DNA of 64,000 nucleotides from Clostridium sp. 26_21 (GTDB lineage Bacteria; Bacillota; Clostridia; TANB77; CAG-508): NCBI GenBank assembly GCA_001915995.1, contig MNRO01000022.1, positions 10,546 to 74,545 of the forward strand, read 5' to 3'. Shown piece by piece: positions 8,116 to 18,074 of this stretch (position 1 is its first letter; each line of letters starts with the position of its first letter). The notes under the pieces were generated by a model. It saw only the letters and a program-made list of their open reading frames with translations, ran no database searches and was not told where the DNA came from. The position numbers and the translations under genes were made by a program.

Positions 8116-9351
8116 ATGGAAAGAAGAGTAGTAATTACAGGACTTGGAGCAATAACTCCAATAGGAAAAGATGTAAATGAATCATGGAATAGTATATTAA
8201 ATAAAAAATGTGGAATTGATAATATTTCTTTATTTGATAATTCTACATTTAAAACAAAAGTAGATGCAGAAGTTAAAAATTATGAATCACAAGAATATTT
8301 TGATTTGAAACAATCAAAAAGATTAGATAGAAGTTCACAATTTGCAATTATAGCTTCAAGAGAAGCTTTTAAAGATAGTGGAATTACAAAAGAAAATACA
8401 GATTTTGAAAGAGTAGGAGTATTTGTAAGTTCAGGAATTGCAGGGCTAAGCACAATTCAAGAACAATGTACAATAAATTGTACAAAAGGACATAATAGAA
8501 TTTCACCAATGTTTATTCCAATGTCAATTGCAAATATGCCAGCAGGAAATGTTGCAATTGAATTAGGCGCAAAAGGGGAATCAATTTCAATACTTTCAGC
8601 TTGTGCATCATCAACACATGCAATAGGAGAAGCATATAAAACAATAAAATATGGTTCAGAAGATGTAATAGTAGCAGGTGGTTCAGAAGCATCAATATGT
8701 GAAATTGGAATTGCAGGATTTGAAAATATGAAAGCATTATCAAGTGCAACAGATATAACGAGGGCAAGTATTCCATTTGATAAAGAAAGAAGTGGATTTG
8801 TAATGGGAGAAGGTGCAGGTGTTTTAGTTTTAGAAGAACTAGAACATGCACAAAAAAGAGGTGCAAAAATATATGCTGAAATAATTGGATATGGTGCAAC
8901 ATCAGATGCTTATCATATAACATCACCAGCTCCTGATGGAGAAGGTGCAGCAAGAGCTATGACAAGAGCAATAGAAGATGCAAAAATAAAACCAGAAGAT
9001 ATAAATTATATAAATGCACATGGAACTTCAACACATTTAAATGATTCTTGCGAAACAATGGCAATAAAAAAAGCATTAGGAAAATATAGTTCAAAAGTAA
9101 TGATAAGTTCAACAAAAGGAAATACAGGTCATTTATTAGGAGCTGCAGGTGGAGTAGAGGCAATTTTCTGTACAAAAGCAATTGAACAAGGAAAAGTTCC
9201 GCCAACTATTAATTATAAAGAAAAAGATGAAGAATGTGATTTAGATATAGTTCCAAATGAAGTAAGAAATGAAAAAATAAATATTGTAATGTCAAACTCT
9301 TTAGGATTTGGAGGACATAATGCAAGTATTATTTTAAAAAAATATGAGTAA
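8116..9351 (+). CDS. fabF: 3-oxoacyl-ACP synthase II
   Basis: Cys in ACASS, His motifs HGTST and GHLLGAAG; 411-aa KAS II-length product. Confidence 0.9.
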   Translation: MERRVVITGLGAITPIGKDVNESWNSILNKKCGIDNISLFDNSTFKTKVDAEVKNYESQEYFDLKQSKRLDRSSQFAIIASREAFKDSGITKENTDFERVGVFVSSGIAGLSTIQEQCTINCTKGHNRISPMFIPMSIANMPAGNVAIELGAKGESISILSACASSTHAIGEAYKTIKYGSEDVIVAGGSEASICEIGIAGFENMKALSSATDITRASIPFDKERSGFVMGEGAGVLVLEELEHAQKRGAKIYAEIIGYGATSDAYHITSPAPDGEGAARAMTRAIEDAKIKPEDINYINAHGTSTHLNDSCETMAIKKALGKYSSKVMISSTKGNTGHLLGAAGGVEAIFCTKAIEQGKVPPTINYKEKDEECDLDIVPNEVRNEKINIVMSNSLGFGGHNASIILKKYE

Positions 9352-9377
9352 TATTGCTGACAGAAAGGAATATAAAA

Positions 9378-9815
9378 ATGAATTATGAAGATATAAAAAA
9401 ATTAATTGATGATATGGGGAATTCTAAATTAACAGAGATTTCAATAGATTTTCCAGATGGAACAAAAATTGGAATGAAAAAAGAAGTAAAAGTAGTTGAA
9501 AAAGTACAAGAAAAAAATATACAACATATTGAGCAAAAAGAAGTAAATGAAATTGTAGAAACAGAAACACAAGAAGATAGTTGTAAAATTGTAAAATCAC
9601 CAATGGTTGGAACATTTTATTTAAAACCAGATCCTAATTCAAATCCTTATGTAGAGATTGGAAAGAAAGTAAAAAAAGGTGATGTTTTATGTATTATAGA
9701 AGCAATGAAATTAATGAATGAAATAGAATGTGAATTTGATGGTGAAATTGCAGAAATACTTGTTAAAGATGGAGAGATGGTCGAATATGGAAAGCCATTA
9801 TTTAAGATAAAATAA
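9378..9815 (+). CDS. accB: biotin carboxyl carrier protein of acetyl-CoA carboxylase
   Basis: EAMKLMNEI biotinyl-lysine motif. Start moved to MNYEDIKK because a GAAAGGAAT ribosome-binding site precedes ATG 9378. Confidence 0.85.
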   Translation: MNYEDIKKLIDDMGNSKLTEISIDFPDGTKIGMKKEVKVVEKVQEKNIQHIEQKEVNEIVETETQEDSCKIVKSPMVGTFYLKPDPNSNPYVEIGKKVKKGDVLCIIEAMKLMNEIECEFDGEIAEILVKDGEMVEYGKPLFKIK

Positions 9816-9832
9816 AAGGAAGGAAAATAAAG

Positions 9833-10264
9833 ATGTTAAATAAAGAGCAAATAAAAGAAATAATACCACAAAGAGAACCATTTTTAATGATAGATGAGGT
9901 AGAAGAATATATACCAGGAGAAAGTGCAGTAGCATATAAATATGTAAATGAAGAAGAATGGTACTTTAAAGGACATTTTCCTGGAAATCCAATAATGCCA
10001 GGTGTACTAATAACAGAAAGTTTAGCACAAGCTGGAGCAATTGCAATATTAAGTATGGAAGAAAATAAAGGAAAAAATGCTTTATTTGGTGGAATAGACA
10101 AAATGAAATTCAAAAAAATGGTTGTTCCAGGAGATAAGTTAAAATTAGAAGTAAAAATTGTAAAAAGAAAAGGTCCAATTGGAATTGGAGAAGCAATAGC
10201 CACAGTTGATGGTAAAATTGTAGCAAAAGGTGAATTAACATTTGCAGTAGTTGATAACAAATAA
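9833..10264 (+). CDS. fabZ: 3-hydroxyacyl-ACP dehydratase
   Basis: Hot-dog fold FabZ motifs HFPGNPIMPGVL. Confidence 0.9.
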   Translation: MLNKEQIKEIIPQREPFLMIDEVEEYIPGESAVAYKYVNEEEWYFKGHFPGNPIMPGVLITESLAQAGAIAILSMEENKGKNALFGGIDKMKFKKMVVPGDKLKLEVKIVKRKGPIGIGEAIATVDGKIVAKGELTFAVVDNK

Positions 10265-10318
10265 AAAATTGTTAATATGTGTGAACTTGAAACAATAGAG
10301 AAAAGGATGGGAATATAA

Positions 10319-11662
10319 ATGAACAAGATATTAATTGCAAATAGAGGAGAAATAGCAGTCAGAATAATAAGAGCATGTAAAGAAATGAATATAAAAACAG
10401 TAGCAGTATATTCAGAAATAGATAAAGATGCAATGCATACAAAACTTGCAGATGAAGCAATTTGTATAGGCCCAGCAAGCTCAAATAAAAGTTATTTGAA
10501 TTTCAAAAACATAATAGAGGCAGCACATATTACAGGGGCAGATGGAATACATCCAGGTTTTGGGTTTTTATCAGAAAACAGTCAATTTGCAAAAATATGT
10601 GAAGAATCAAATATAAAATTCATAGGACCTAAATATCAAGTAATAGAATTATTAGGAAATAAATCAAATGCAAAAAAATTAATGGAATCTGCAGGAGTTC
10701 CAGTAATACCAGGTTCAAAAGGAAGTGTTACAGGGCTTACAGATGCAATAAAAACAGCTGAAAAAATAGGATATCCTGTTATGCTAAAAGCAGCAGCTGG
10801 TGGTGGTGGAAAGGGAATACGAATTGCAAATAATTCTGAAGAACTAGAAAAAAATTATAATATAGTAAAACAAGAAGCAAAAATATCTTTTAATGATGAT
10901 GAAATATATATGGAAAAATTCATAAAAAATCCTCGTCATGTAGAAATTCAAATATTAGCAGACGAACATGGAAATGTAATACATTTAGGAGAAAGAGATT
11001 GTTCAATTCAAAGAAGAAATCAAAAAGTATTAGAAGAAACACCATCAACAGCAATAGATGATAAATTAAGAAATAAAATGGGAGAAGCGGCAGTAAAAGC
11101 AGCTAAAGTTGCAGGATATACAAGTTGTGGAACAATAGAATTTTTAGTGGATAGTGATAAAAACTTTTATTTTATGGAAATGAATACAAGAATTCAAGTA
11201 GAACATCCAATAACAGAAGAAAGAACAGGTATAGACATAGTAAAAGAACAAATAAAAATAGCAGCAGGTGAAACATTAAAATTAAAACAAAAAGATGTTG
11301 AATTTAGAGGATATAGTATGGAATGTAGAATAAATGCAGAAAATCCTAGTAAGAATTTTATGCCATGTCCAGGAACAATTACAGGATTAAACTTACCAGG
11401 AGGTAATGGTGTAAGAATAGATACAGCAATATATGAAGGATATACAATTCCACCAACATATGATTCAATGATAGCCAAAATAATAACACATGGAGATAGT
11501 AGAAATGAAGCAATTAGCAAAATGAAAAGAGCATTGGAAGAAACTGTGATTGAAGGTGTTGATACAAATATAGACTTTTTATTTAAAATAATTAAAAATC
11601 CAAATTTTATTAGGGGAAATTTTGATACTTCTTTTATTGAAAAAGAAATATTAAAGAAATAA
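10319..11662 (+). CDS. accC: acetyl-CoA carboxylase biotin carboxylase subunit
   Basis: ATP-grasp domain, GGGGKG loop, 447-aa product. Confidence 0.9.
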   Translation: MNKILIANRGEIAVRIIRACKEMNIKTVAVYSEIDKDAMHTKLADEAICIGPASSNKSYLNFKNIIEAAHITGADGIHPGFGFLSENSQFAKICEESNIKFIGPKYQVIELLGNKSNAKKLMESAGVPVIPGSKGSVTGLTDAIKTAEKIGYPVMLKAAAGGGGKGIRIANNSEELEKNYNIVKQEAKISFNDDEIYMEKFIKNPRHVEIQILADEHGNVIHLGERDCSIQRRNQKVLEETPSTAIDDKLRNKMGEAAVKAAKVAGYTSCGTIEFLVDSDKNFYFMEMNTRIQVEHPITEERTGIDIVKEQIKIAAGETLKLKQKDVEFRGYSMECRINAENPSKNFMPCPGTITGLNLPGGNGVRIDTAIYEGYTIPPTYDSMIAKIITHGDSRNEAISKMKRALEETVIEGVDTNIDFLFKIIKNPNFIRGNFDTSFIEKEILKK

Positions 11663-11683
11663 TTTTATTGAAAGAGGTTAAAT

Positions 11684-12520
11684 ATGATAGTAGACAAAAT
11701 AAAAAAAAGAGAACCTACTGCCAAAAGAAAAGAAAACAAAGTTGATATACCTGTTGGAAAATGGGTAAAATGTGATAAATGTAAAGAAATAATTTATAAA
11801 GAAACAATCAGAGAAAATATGAATATTTGTCCTAATTGTGGTGGATATTTTAGAATGCATATAAATAGAAGGCTTGAAAGTATAATTGATGAAGGAACAT
11901 ATCAAAAATTTGACTTGAATATAGATACAACAAATCCATTAAACTTAGAAGATTACACTAAAAAGATAAAAGCTTTAAGAGAAAAAACAGGATTGCAGGA
12001 AGCAGTAAGTGCAGGAAAAGGAAAAATAAATGGTGAAGATGTTGTAATATGTGTAATGGATAGTGGATTTTTGATGGGAAGTATGGGAGTAGTTGTTGGT
12101 GAAAAGATTACATATTCAATAGAAAAAGCAGTAGAATTAAAACTTCCAATAATAATATTTTGCGTTTCTGGTGGTGCAAGAATGCAAGAAGGAATAATGT
12201 CATTAATGCAAATGGCAAAAACAACATCTGCTATATCTAAATTAAATGAAGCAGGATTATTATATATATCTGTTCTAACAGATCCAACTTATGGAGGTGT
12301 AACAGCATCTTTTGCAAGTATAGCAGATATAATTTTAGCAGAACCAGGTGCAATGATAGGATTTGCTGGTCAAAGAGTTATTGAACAAACCATTGGAGAG
12401 AAATTACCAGAAGGATTTCAAACAGCAGAATTTTTATTAGAACATGGATTTATAGATAAAATTGTTGAAAGAAAAGATTTGAAAAATACATTATCAAATC
12501 TAATACAATTAAATAAATAA
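11684..12520 (+). CDS. accD: acetyl-CoA carboxylase carboxyltransferase beta subunit
   Basis: N-terminal CxxC...CxxC zinc finger (CDKCKE...CPNCG). Confidence 0.9.
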   Translation: MIVDKIKKREPTAKRKENKVDIPVGKWVKCDKCKEIIYKETIRENMNICPNCGGYFRMHINRRLESIIDEGTYQKFDLNIDTTNPLNLEDYTKKIKALREKTGLQEAVSAGKGKINGEDVVICVMDSGFLMGSMGVVVGEKITYSIEKAVELKLPIIIFCVSGGARMQEGIMSLMQMAKTTSAISKLNEAGLLYISVLTDPTYGGVTASFASIADIILAEPGAMIGFAGQRVIEQTIGEKLPEGFQTAEFLLEHGFIDKIVERKDLKNTLSNLIQLNK

Positions 12521-12609
12521 TATATATAATAAAAGTTAGAAGTTTTTATTGATGACAGAAAGTTAGAATTGTGTGAGAATAAATCAGATTTTAAGGAAGG
12601 AAAGATAAA

Positions 12610-13407
12610 ATGGATGCTTATGAAAAAGTAGAAATTGCAAGAAATCCTAAAAGAAAAACATCATTAGATTATATAGAAAAAATATTTGATGAATTTATTG
12701 AATTACATGGAGATAGACAATTTAGAGATGATAAAGCAATAGTTTGTGGACTTGCAAGAATTGGTAATCAAAATTTTACAATTATAGCAGAACAAAAAGG
12801 AAGAACAACAAAAGAAAATATTGAAAGAAATTTTGGAATGCCAAATCCAGAAAGCTATAGAAAAGGAATAAGATTTATGAAACAAGCAGAAAAATTTCAT
12901 AGACCTGTAATTACTTTTATAGATACAAAAGGGGCATATCCAGGAATTGGAGCAGAAGAAAGAGGACAAGGTGAAGCAATTGCAAGTTCAATGTTAGAAA
13001 TGGCAAGTTTAACAGTTCCAACAATTAGTATTATTATTGGAGAAGGATCAAGTGGAGGAGCTTTAGCATTAGGACTTGGAAACAAGGTATTAATGCTTGA
13101 AAATGCTATATATTCAATTCTTTCACCAGAAGGATATGCAAGTATATTATGGAAAGATGCTTCAAGAGCAAAAGAAGCGGCAGAAAAAATGAAATTAACA
13201 GCCAAAGATTTAAAAGAAATGAATGTAATTGATGAAATAATAAAAGAACCAGAAATTGAAGAAAGTGAAGCTTGTGAAGTTGTTAGCCAAAATTTGAAAA
13301 ATGAAATTTTGAAAGCAATAAAAAAATATGCTAAAATGAAACCAGAAGATATAAAAGAAGAAAGATACCAAAAGTTTAGAAATATGGGAGAATTTCAAAT
13401 ATTATAA
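12610..13407 (+). CDS. accA: acetyl-CoA carboxylase carboxyltransferase alpha subunit
   Basis: Carboxyltransferase alpha motifs FIDTKGAYPG and GEGSSGGALALG. Confidence 0.9.
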   Translation: MDAYEKVEIARNPKRKTSLDYIEKIFDEFIELHGDRQFRDDKAIVCGLARIGNQNFTIIAEQKGRTTKENIERNFGMPNPESYRKGIRFMKQAEKFHRPVITFIDTKGAYPGIGAEERGQGEAIASSMLEMASLTVPTISIIIGEGSSGGALALGLGNKVLMLENAIYSILSPEGYASILWKDASRAKEAAEKMKLTAKDLKEMNVIDEIIKEPEIEESEACEVVSQNLKNEILKAIKKYAKMKPEDIKEERYQKFRNMGEFQIL

Positions 13408-13494
13408 AAAGGAGGAAAATAGTTTGTTTGTGTTTAAATAATTGTCTAATAAAAAGGAATTATACACAAATTTTATAAACTATAAAAAAAAGAA

Positions 13495-14268
13495 ATGTTA
13501 TTAGAAGGTAAAAAAATATTAATAATGGGAATAAGAAACAAATGGAGTATAGCATTTGGAATTGCAAAATCAGCTTATGAAAATGGAGCACAATTATTAT
13601 TTACATATATGGGAGAAGAAAATAAAGAAAAAATAGAAGAACTTGTATCAGAATTTAAAGGAAGTAAAGCATATGTATTAAATGGTGCTTCAGAAGATGA
13701 AAAAGTAAGAGAGACATTTACAAAAATAAAAGAAGAAAATGGAAAAATAGATGGAATAGTACATGCAATAGCACATGCAAATACAGAAGATTTGCATAAT
13801 GATTTTATATATACAAGTAAAGAAGGATTTGCACATGCTTGTGATGTTAGTGCATATTCATTTGTATTAATTGCAAGAATGGCAAAAGAATTAGATATGC
13901 TAAATGAAAATGCAAGTTTAATTACATTAACATATCATGGTTCAACAAAAGTATTAGAAGGATATAATGTAATGGGAATTGCTAAAGCAGCATTAGAATC
14001 TAGTGTTAGATATTTAGCAGAAAATTTAGGAAAAGAAAATATAAGAGTTAATGCAGTATCAGCAGGACCAATAAAAACATTATCTGCAAAAGGAATAAAA
14101 GATTTTAGTTCAATATTAAATGTAGTAGAACAAAAGGCTCCTTTACACAGAAATGTTACAACTGTACAAGTTGGAAATGTAGCAACATTTTTATTAAGTT
14201 CTATGTCAGAAGCAGTTACAGGTCAAGTTATTTATGCAGATAATGGATATAATATAATGGGAGTATAG
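13495..14268 (+). CDS. fabI: enoyl-ACP reductase (NADH), FabI type
   Basis: N-terminal GKKILIMGIRNKWSIAFGIAK and catalytic Y...K region. The ribosome-binding site is weak, but an orphan SD plus mini-ORF lies upstream. Confidence 0.8.
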   Translation: MLLEGKKILIMGIRNKWSIAFGIAKSAYENGAQLLFTYMGEENKEKIEELVSEFKGSKAYVLNGASEDEKVRETFTKIKEENGKIDGIVHAIAHANTEDLHNDFIYTSKEGFAHACDVSAYSFVLIARMAKELDMLNENASLITLTYHGSTKVLEGYNVMGIAKAALESSVRYLAENLGKENIRVNAVSAGPIKTLSAKGIKDFSSILNVVEQKAPLHRNVTTVQVGNVATFLLSSMSEAVTGQVIYADNGYNIMGV

Positions 14269-14390
14269 AACTATACTCCATTAATTTTTTACAAAATATA
14301 TTCAAATAATTATTAAATAACTTTTTTATAGTATAATATAAATTGAAAATGAAAAAAATGCAAATAAAAATATGACAAACTATGGTAATT

Positions 14391-14417
14391 AAAGTCAATA
14401 TTCATATTGACTTTTTT
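14391..14417 (+). terminator. rho-independent terminator ending the fab operon
   Basis: AAGTCAAT...ATTGACTT stem followed by T7. Confidence 0.6.
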
Positions 14418-14502
14418 TCAATTTGAGTGTATTATATAAGCATAATTTAGGATAAATAAAAGAGCAAAAAAATGAAAAAACAAAATCCTAAGGAGGAAAA
14501 GT

Positions 14503-15294
14503 ATGGGAGAAGTTATAGTAATAACATCAGGAAAAGGTGGAGTTGGAAAAACAACAACAACAGCAAATTTGGGCTCAAGCCTAGCATTAGAAGGAAAAAA
14601 AGTAGCATTAATAGATACAGATATAGGCTTAAGAAATCTAGATGTTGTAATGGGACTAGAAAATAGAATTGTATATGATATAGTAGATGTTGTTGAAGAA
14701 AAATGTAAATTAAGACAAGCATTAATAAAAGATAAAAGATTTAAAGAATTATATTTATTGCCTGCGGCACAAACAAGAGATAAAAGTGCAGTAAATGAAG
14801 AACAAATGAGGAATTTAACATTAAAATTAAAAGAAGAATTTGATTATATACTTATAGACTGTCCAGCAGGAATTGAACAAGGATTTAAAAATGCAATAGC
14901 AGGAGCAGATAGAGCAATTGTTGTAACAACAGCTGAAATATCTGCAATAAGAGATGCAGATAGGATTATAGGATTATTAGAAGCATCAGAAATAAAAAAT
15001 CCAGAATTGGTAATAAATAGAATAAGACCTAATATGGTAAGAAAAGGTGAAATGATGGATGTAGATGATATAGTAGATCTACTATCTATAGATTTAATAG
15101 GTGTTGTACCAGATGATGAATATATAATAACACAAACAAATAAAGGAGAACCTGTAATACAAAATAGAAAAGCACCATCAGGAAAAGCATATTTAGAGAT
15201 TGCCAAAAGAGTATTAGGAGAGGATATAGAAGTTACAATTCCTGGAAGAGAAAAAGGATTTTTTGCAAAAATAAAAAATATATTTAAAAAATAG
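14503..15294 (+). CDS. minD: septum site-determining ATPase MinD
   Basis: Deviant Walker A SGKGGVGKTT. AAGGAGG ribosome-binding site upstream. Confidence 0.9.
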   Translation: MGEVIVITSGKGGVGKTTTTANLGSSLALEGKKVALIDTDIGLRNLDVVMGLENRIVYDIVDVVEEKCKLRQALIKDKRFKELYLLPAAQTRDKSAVNEEQMRNLTLKLKEEFDYILIDCPAGIEQGFKNAIAGADRAIVVTTAEISAIRDADRIIGLLEASEIKNPELVINRIRPNMVRKGEMMDVDDIVDLLSIDLIGVVPDDEYIITQTNKGEPVIQNRKAPSGKAYLEIAKRVLGEDIEVTIPGREKGFFAKIKNIFKK

Positions 15295-15317
15295 AAAACA
15301 ATAAAGGAGAAAGGATA

Positions 15318-15863
15318 ATGTTTGAAAACATAATGAAATTAGTAAGAAAGATAACAAAAAAAGAAGATCAAACATTAAAATCTAAAGATGCCGCAAAAGA
15401 AAGACTACATCTAGTATTAATGCAAGATAGAGCAAATGTATCTGCAGACTTTTTAGATTTGATGAAACAAGAAATAATAGACGTAATAAAAAAATACATA
15501 GAAATAGATGAAAGTGCAATAGATGTAAAATTAACAAATAAAGAAAATGGGGATGGAACAAAAGGTGCACCAGCATTATATGCTAATATTCCAATATTAA
15601 ATATAAAAGATGAAGCAAGACAAAATGCTAAAGTAATAACAAAAGATGAAGAAAATAAAAAAATTGAAGAAAAACATCAAGAAAAAGAAACTTTAGAAAA
15701 AATAGAAGTTGAAAAAGAAAAAATAAAAATTGAAAATAGTTCAGATGAAAAATTGGAAGAAGATGTAGCTGAAGATTCAGAAAATAAAGATACAGAAAAA
15801 ACAAAAAATAATAGCCAATATAATAAAAATAAGAAAAGCAAAAATAAGAACTTAAAAAAATAA
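15318..15863 (+). CDS. minE: cell division topological specificity factor MinE with ~85-aa Lys/Glu-rich C-terminal extension
   Basis: AKERLHLVLMQDR core matches MinE. The product is 181 aa versus the usual ~90. Confidence 0.7.
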   Translation: MFENIMKLVRKITKKEDQTLKSKDAAKERLHLVLMQDRANVSADFLDLMKQEIIDVIKKYIEIDESAIDVKLTNKENGDGTKGAPALYANIPILNIKDEARQNAKVITKDEENKKIEEKHQEKETLEKIEVEKEKIKIENSSDEKLEEDVAEDSENKDTEKTKNNSQYNKNKKSKNKNLKK

Positions 15864-15874
15864 AGAGTGGTTAA

Positions 15875-16990
15875 ATGAATATAAGAAGATTAAGAAAAAT
15901 TGAGTGGTGGATACCACTATTAGCACTAGTATTATGTATAATAGGATTAATTGCATTGTATTCTGCATCATATGATACAAATTTAGAGGAATTTAAAAAA
16001 CAAACAGTTTGGATTGGAATAAGCTTAATACTCATGTTAATAGTTATGCTAATAGACTATAAAGTTTTAGTGAAGGTATCACCAATTTTTTATGGTATTT
16101 CAATAATAATGTTGATAGCAGTATTATTTACAAAACCAATAAGTGGGGCAAGAAGTTGGTTTATAATAGGAGATGATTTGTTTTCATTTCAACCAGCAGA
16201 ATTGTCCAAAATATTTATAATATTATTTATGTCATATATAATATCATTTATTCAAATTAGAAAAGGAAGAAATGAAATAAATAAAATCTCTAAGTTAATG
16301 TTAATATTATTAGCAGTATCAATTCCATTAGCATTGATAATTATAGAACCAGATTATGGAACAGCAGCAGCATATATAGTTTCATTCCTATTAATGATAT
16401 TTGTTGCTGGAATTGATAGAAAATATATTATACTAGCAACATTAATTGTTGTTATAGCAGCACCAGTAACATATAATTTCATATTACCAGATCATGCCAA
16501 GAAAAGAATTGATACATTTTTAAATCCAGAATCAGATCCATCTGGAGCAGGATATAATATATATCAATCAAAATTAGCAATAGGATCAGGACAAATTACT
16601 GGAATGGGAGTGTTAAAAGGAAATCAAACACAACTAGGATATTTATATCCAAAAACAACAGATTTTATATTTGCTGTAATTGGAGAAGAAATGGGATTTA
16701 TAGTTGCAGCACTAGTGATATTATTAAATATAACAATAATAGTAAAAGCAATACAAGTTGCCAAAGGAATAAAAGATGAAGCAGGAGCATATGTTGCCAT
16801 AGGAATTGCTGGAATATTTTTGTTTCATACTTTAGAAAATGTAGGAATGACAATGGGATTATTACCAATAACAGGTGTTCCATTATTATTTGTAAGTTAT
16901 GGTGGAAGTTCTATGATGACAAGTTTTATTGCTATAGGAATTTTGCTAAATATTAGTAGTCAAAGAAGAAATGGATTGTTTAATAAATAG
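15875..16990 (+). CDS. rodA: SEDS-family peptidoglycan polymerase RodA/FtsW
   Basis: FtsW/RodA/SpoVE polytopic membrane protein. Its position after minDE is typical of rodA. Confidence 0.8.
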   Translation: MNIRRLRKIEWWIPLLALVLCIIGLIALYSASYDTNLEEFKKQTVWIGISLILMLIVMLIDYKVLVKVSPIFYGISIIMLIAVLFTKPISGARSWFIIGDDLFSFQPAELSKIFIILFMSYIISFIQIRKGRNEINKISKLMLILLAVSIPLALIIIEPDYGTAAAYIVSFLLMIFVAGIDRKYIILATLIVVIAAPVTYNFILPDHAKKRIDTFLNPESDPSGAGYNIYQSKLAIGSGQITGMGVLKGNQTQLGYLYPKTTDFIFAVIGEEMGFIVAALVILLNITIIVKAIQVAKGIKDEAGAYVAIGIAGIFLFHTLENVGMTMGLLPITGVPLLFVSYGGSSMMTSFIAIGILLNISSQRRNGLFNK

Positions 16991-16999
16991 GAGAAAAAG

Positions 17000-17971
17000 A
17001 TGTATTTAAAAAAATTAAAAATAGGTAATGTAGAATTAAACAATAATTTAATATTAGCTCCAATGGCAGGTATAACAGACCTGCCTTTTAGAATAATAAC
17101 AGAAAAATTTCAGCCAGGCCTAGTATGTACAGAAATGGTCAGTGCAAAGGCCCTTTTTTATGGGGATGATAAAACTAAACAATTATTAAAATCTGATGGA
17201 GAAATAGTACCAATAAGTATGCAAATATTTGGAAGTGACCCTGAAACAATGGGATTTGCTGCCAAATATGTAAGTCAATTTGCAGATATAGTTGATATTA
17301 ATATGGGATGTCCATCTCCAAAAGTTGTAAAAAATGGTGATGGAAGTAAATTATTATTAAACTTAGAAAAAGCTCAAGAAATAATAAAATCAGTTGTGAA
17401 ATTTTCAACAAAACCAGTAACTGTAAAATTTAGAAAAGGATGGAATGATGAAAAAATTGTGGCATGTGAGTTGGCAAGAATTGCAGAAGAATGTGGAGTA
17501 TCAGCAATAACAATTCATGGAAGAACACGTGAACAGTATTATACTGGAAAAGCAGATTTAGATATAATAAAAAAAGTTAAAGAATCTGTAAAAATTCCTG
17601 TTATAGGAAATGGAGATATAATTGATGAAGAGTCAGCAATAAAGATGTTTGAATATACAGGTGTTGATGGAATAATGATTGGAAGAGGAACAATTGGAAA
17701 TCCATGGATATTTGAACAAATAAAATATTTTTTAGAAAATAATCAAAAAATATCAAGACCAACAAAAGAAGAAAAGTTCCAATTAATAAAACAACATATA
17801 GAATTAGCAATTAAAGAAAAAGGAGAAAAAATAGGAATAAATGAAATGAGAAAAAACATATCAGCATATACAAAGAATATGGCAGATTCATCAAATTTTA
17901 GAAATGAAATAAATCATATAACAAATTATGAAGAACTCATTAACAGAATTGAAGAATTTTTTTCTTATTAA
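17000..17971 (+). CDS. dus: tRNA-dihydrouridine synthase
   Basis: Dus TIM-barrel motifs LAPMAGITD, NMGCP, HGRTR. Confidence 0.9.
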   Translation: MYLKKLKIGNVELNNNLILAPMAGITDLPFRIITEKFQPGLVCTEMVSAKALFYGDDKTKQLLKSDGEIVPISMQIFGSDPETMGFAAKYVSQFADIVDINMGCPSPKVVKNGDGSKLLLNLEKAQEIIKSVVKFSTKPVTVKFRKGWNDEKIVACELARIAEECGVSAITIHGRTREQYYTGKADLDIIKKVKESVKIPVIGNGDIIDEESAIKMFEYTGVDGIMIGRGTIGNPWIFEQIKYFLENNQKISRPTKEEKFQLIKQHIELAIKEKGEKIGINEMRKNISAYTKNMADSSNFRNEINHITNYEELINRIEEFFSY

Positions 17972-18074
17972 AAATTTATACTAATATTTATAAAAAATGA
18001 AAAGTGAAAATGTTGATATTTTTATTAAATAATAGTAAAATAAATATGAAAAATAACGAAAGGAGAATCTAGTT

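Noticed and set aside
14345-14420. Tiny ORF MKKMQIKI inside the fab-minD spacer, as a possible small-RNA gene
   Set aside because: It has no ribosome-binding site. The hairpin and T-run are adequately explained as the fabI/fab-operon terminator.
14472-14666. 64-aa + strand ORF overlapping the minD start
   Set aside because: It is an alternative frame of minD's 5' end. The minD frame has a strong AAGGAGG ribosome-binding site and clear homology.
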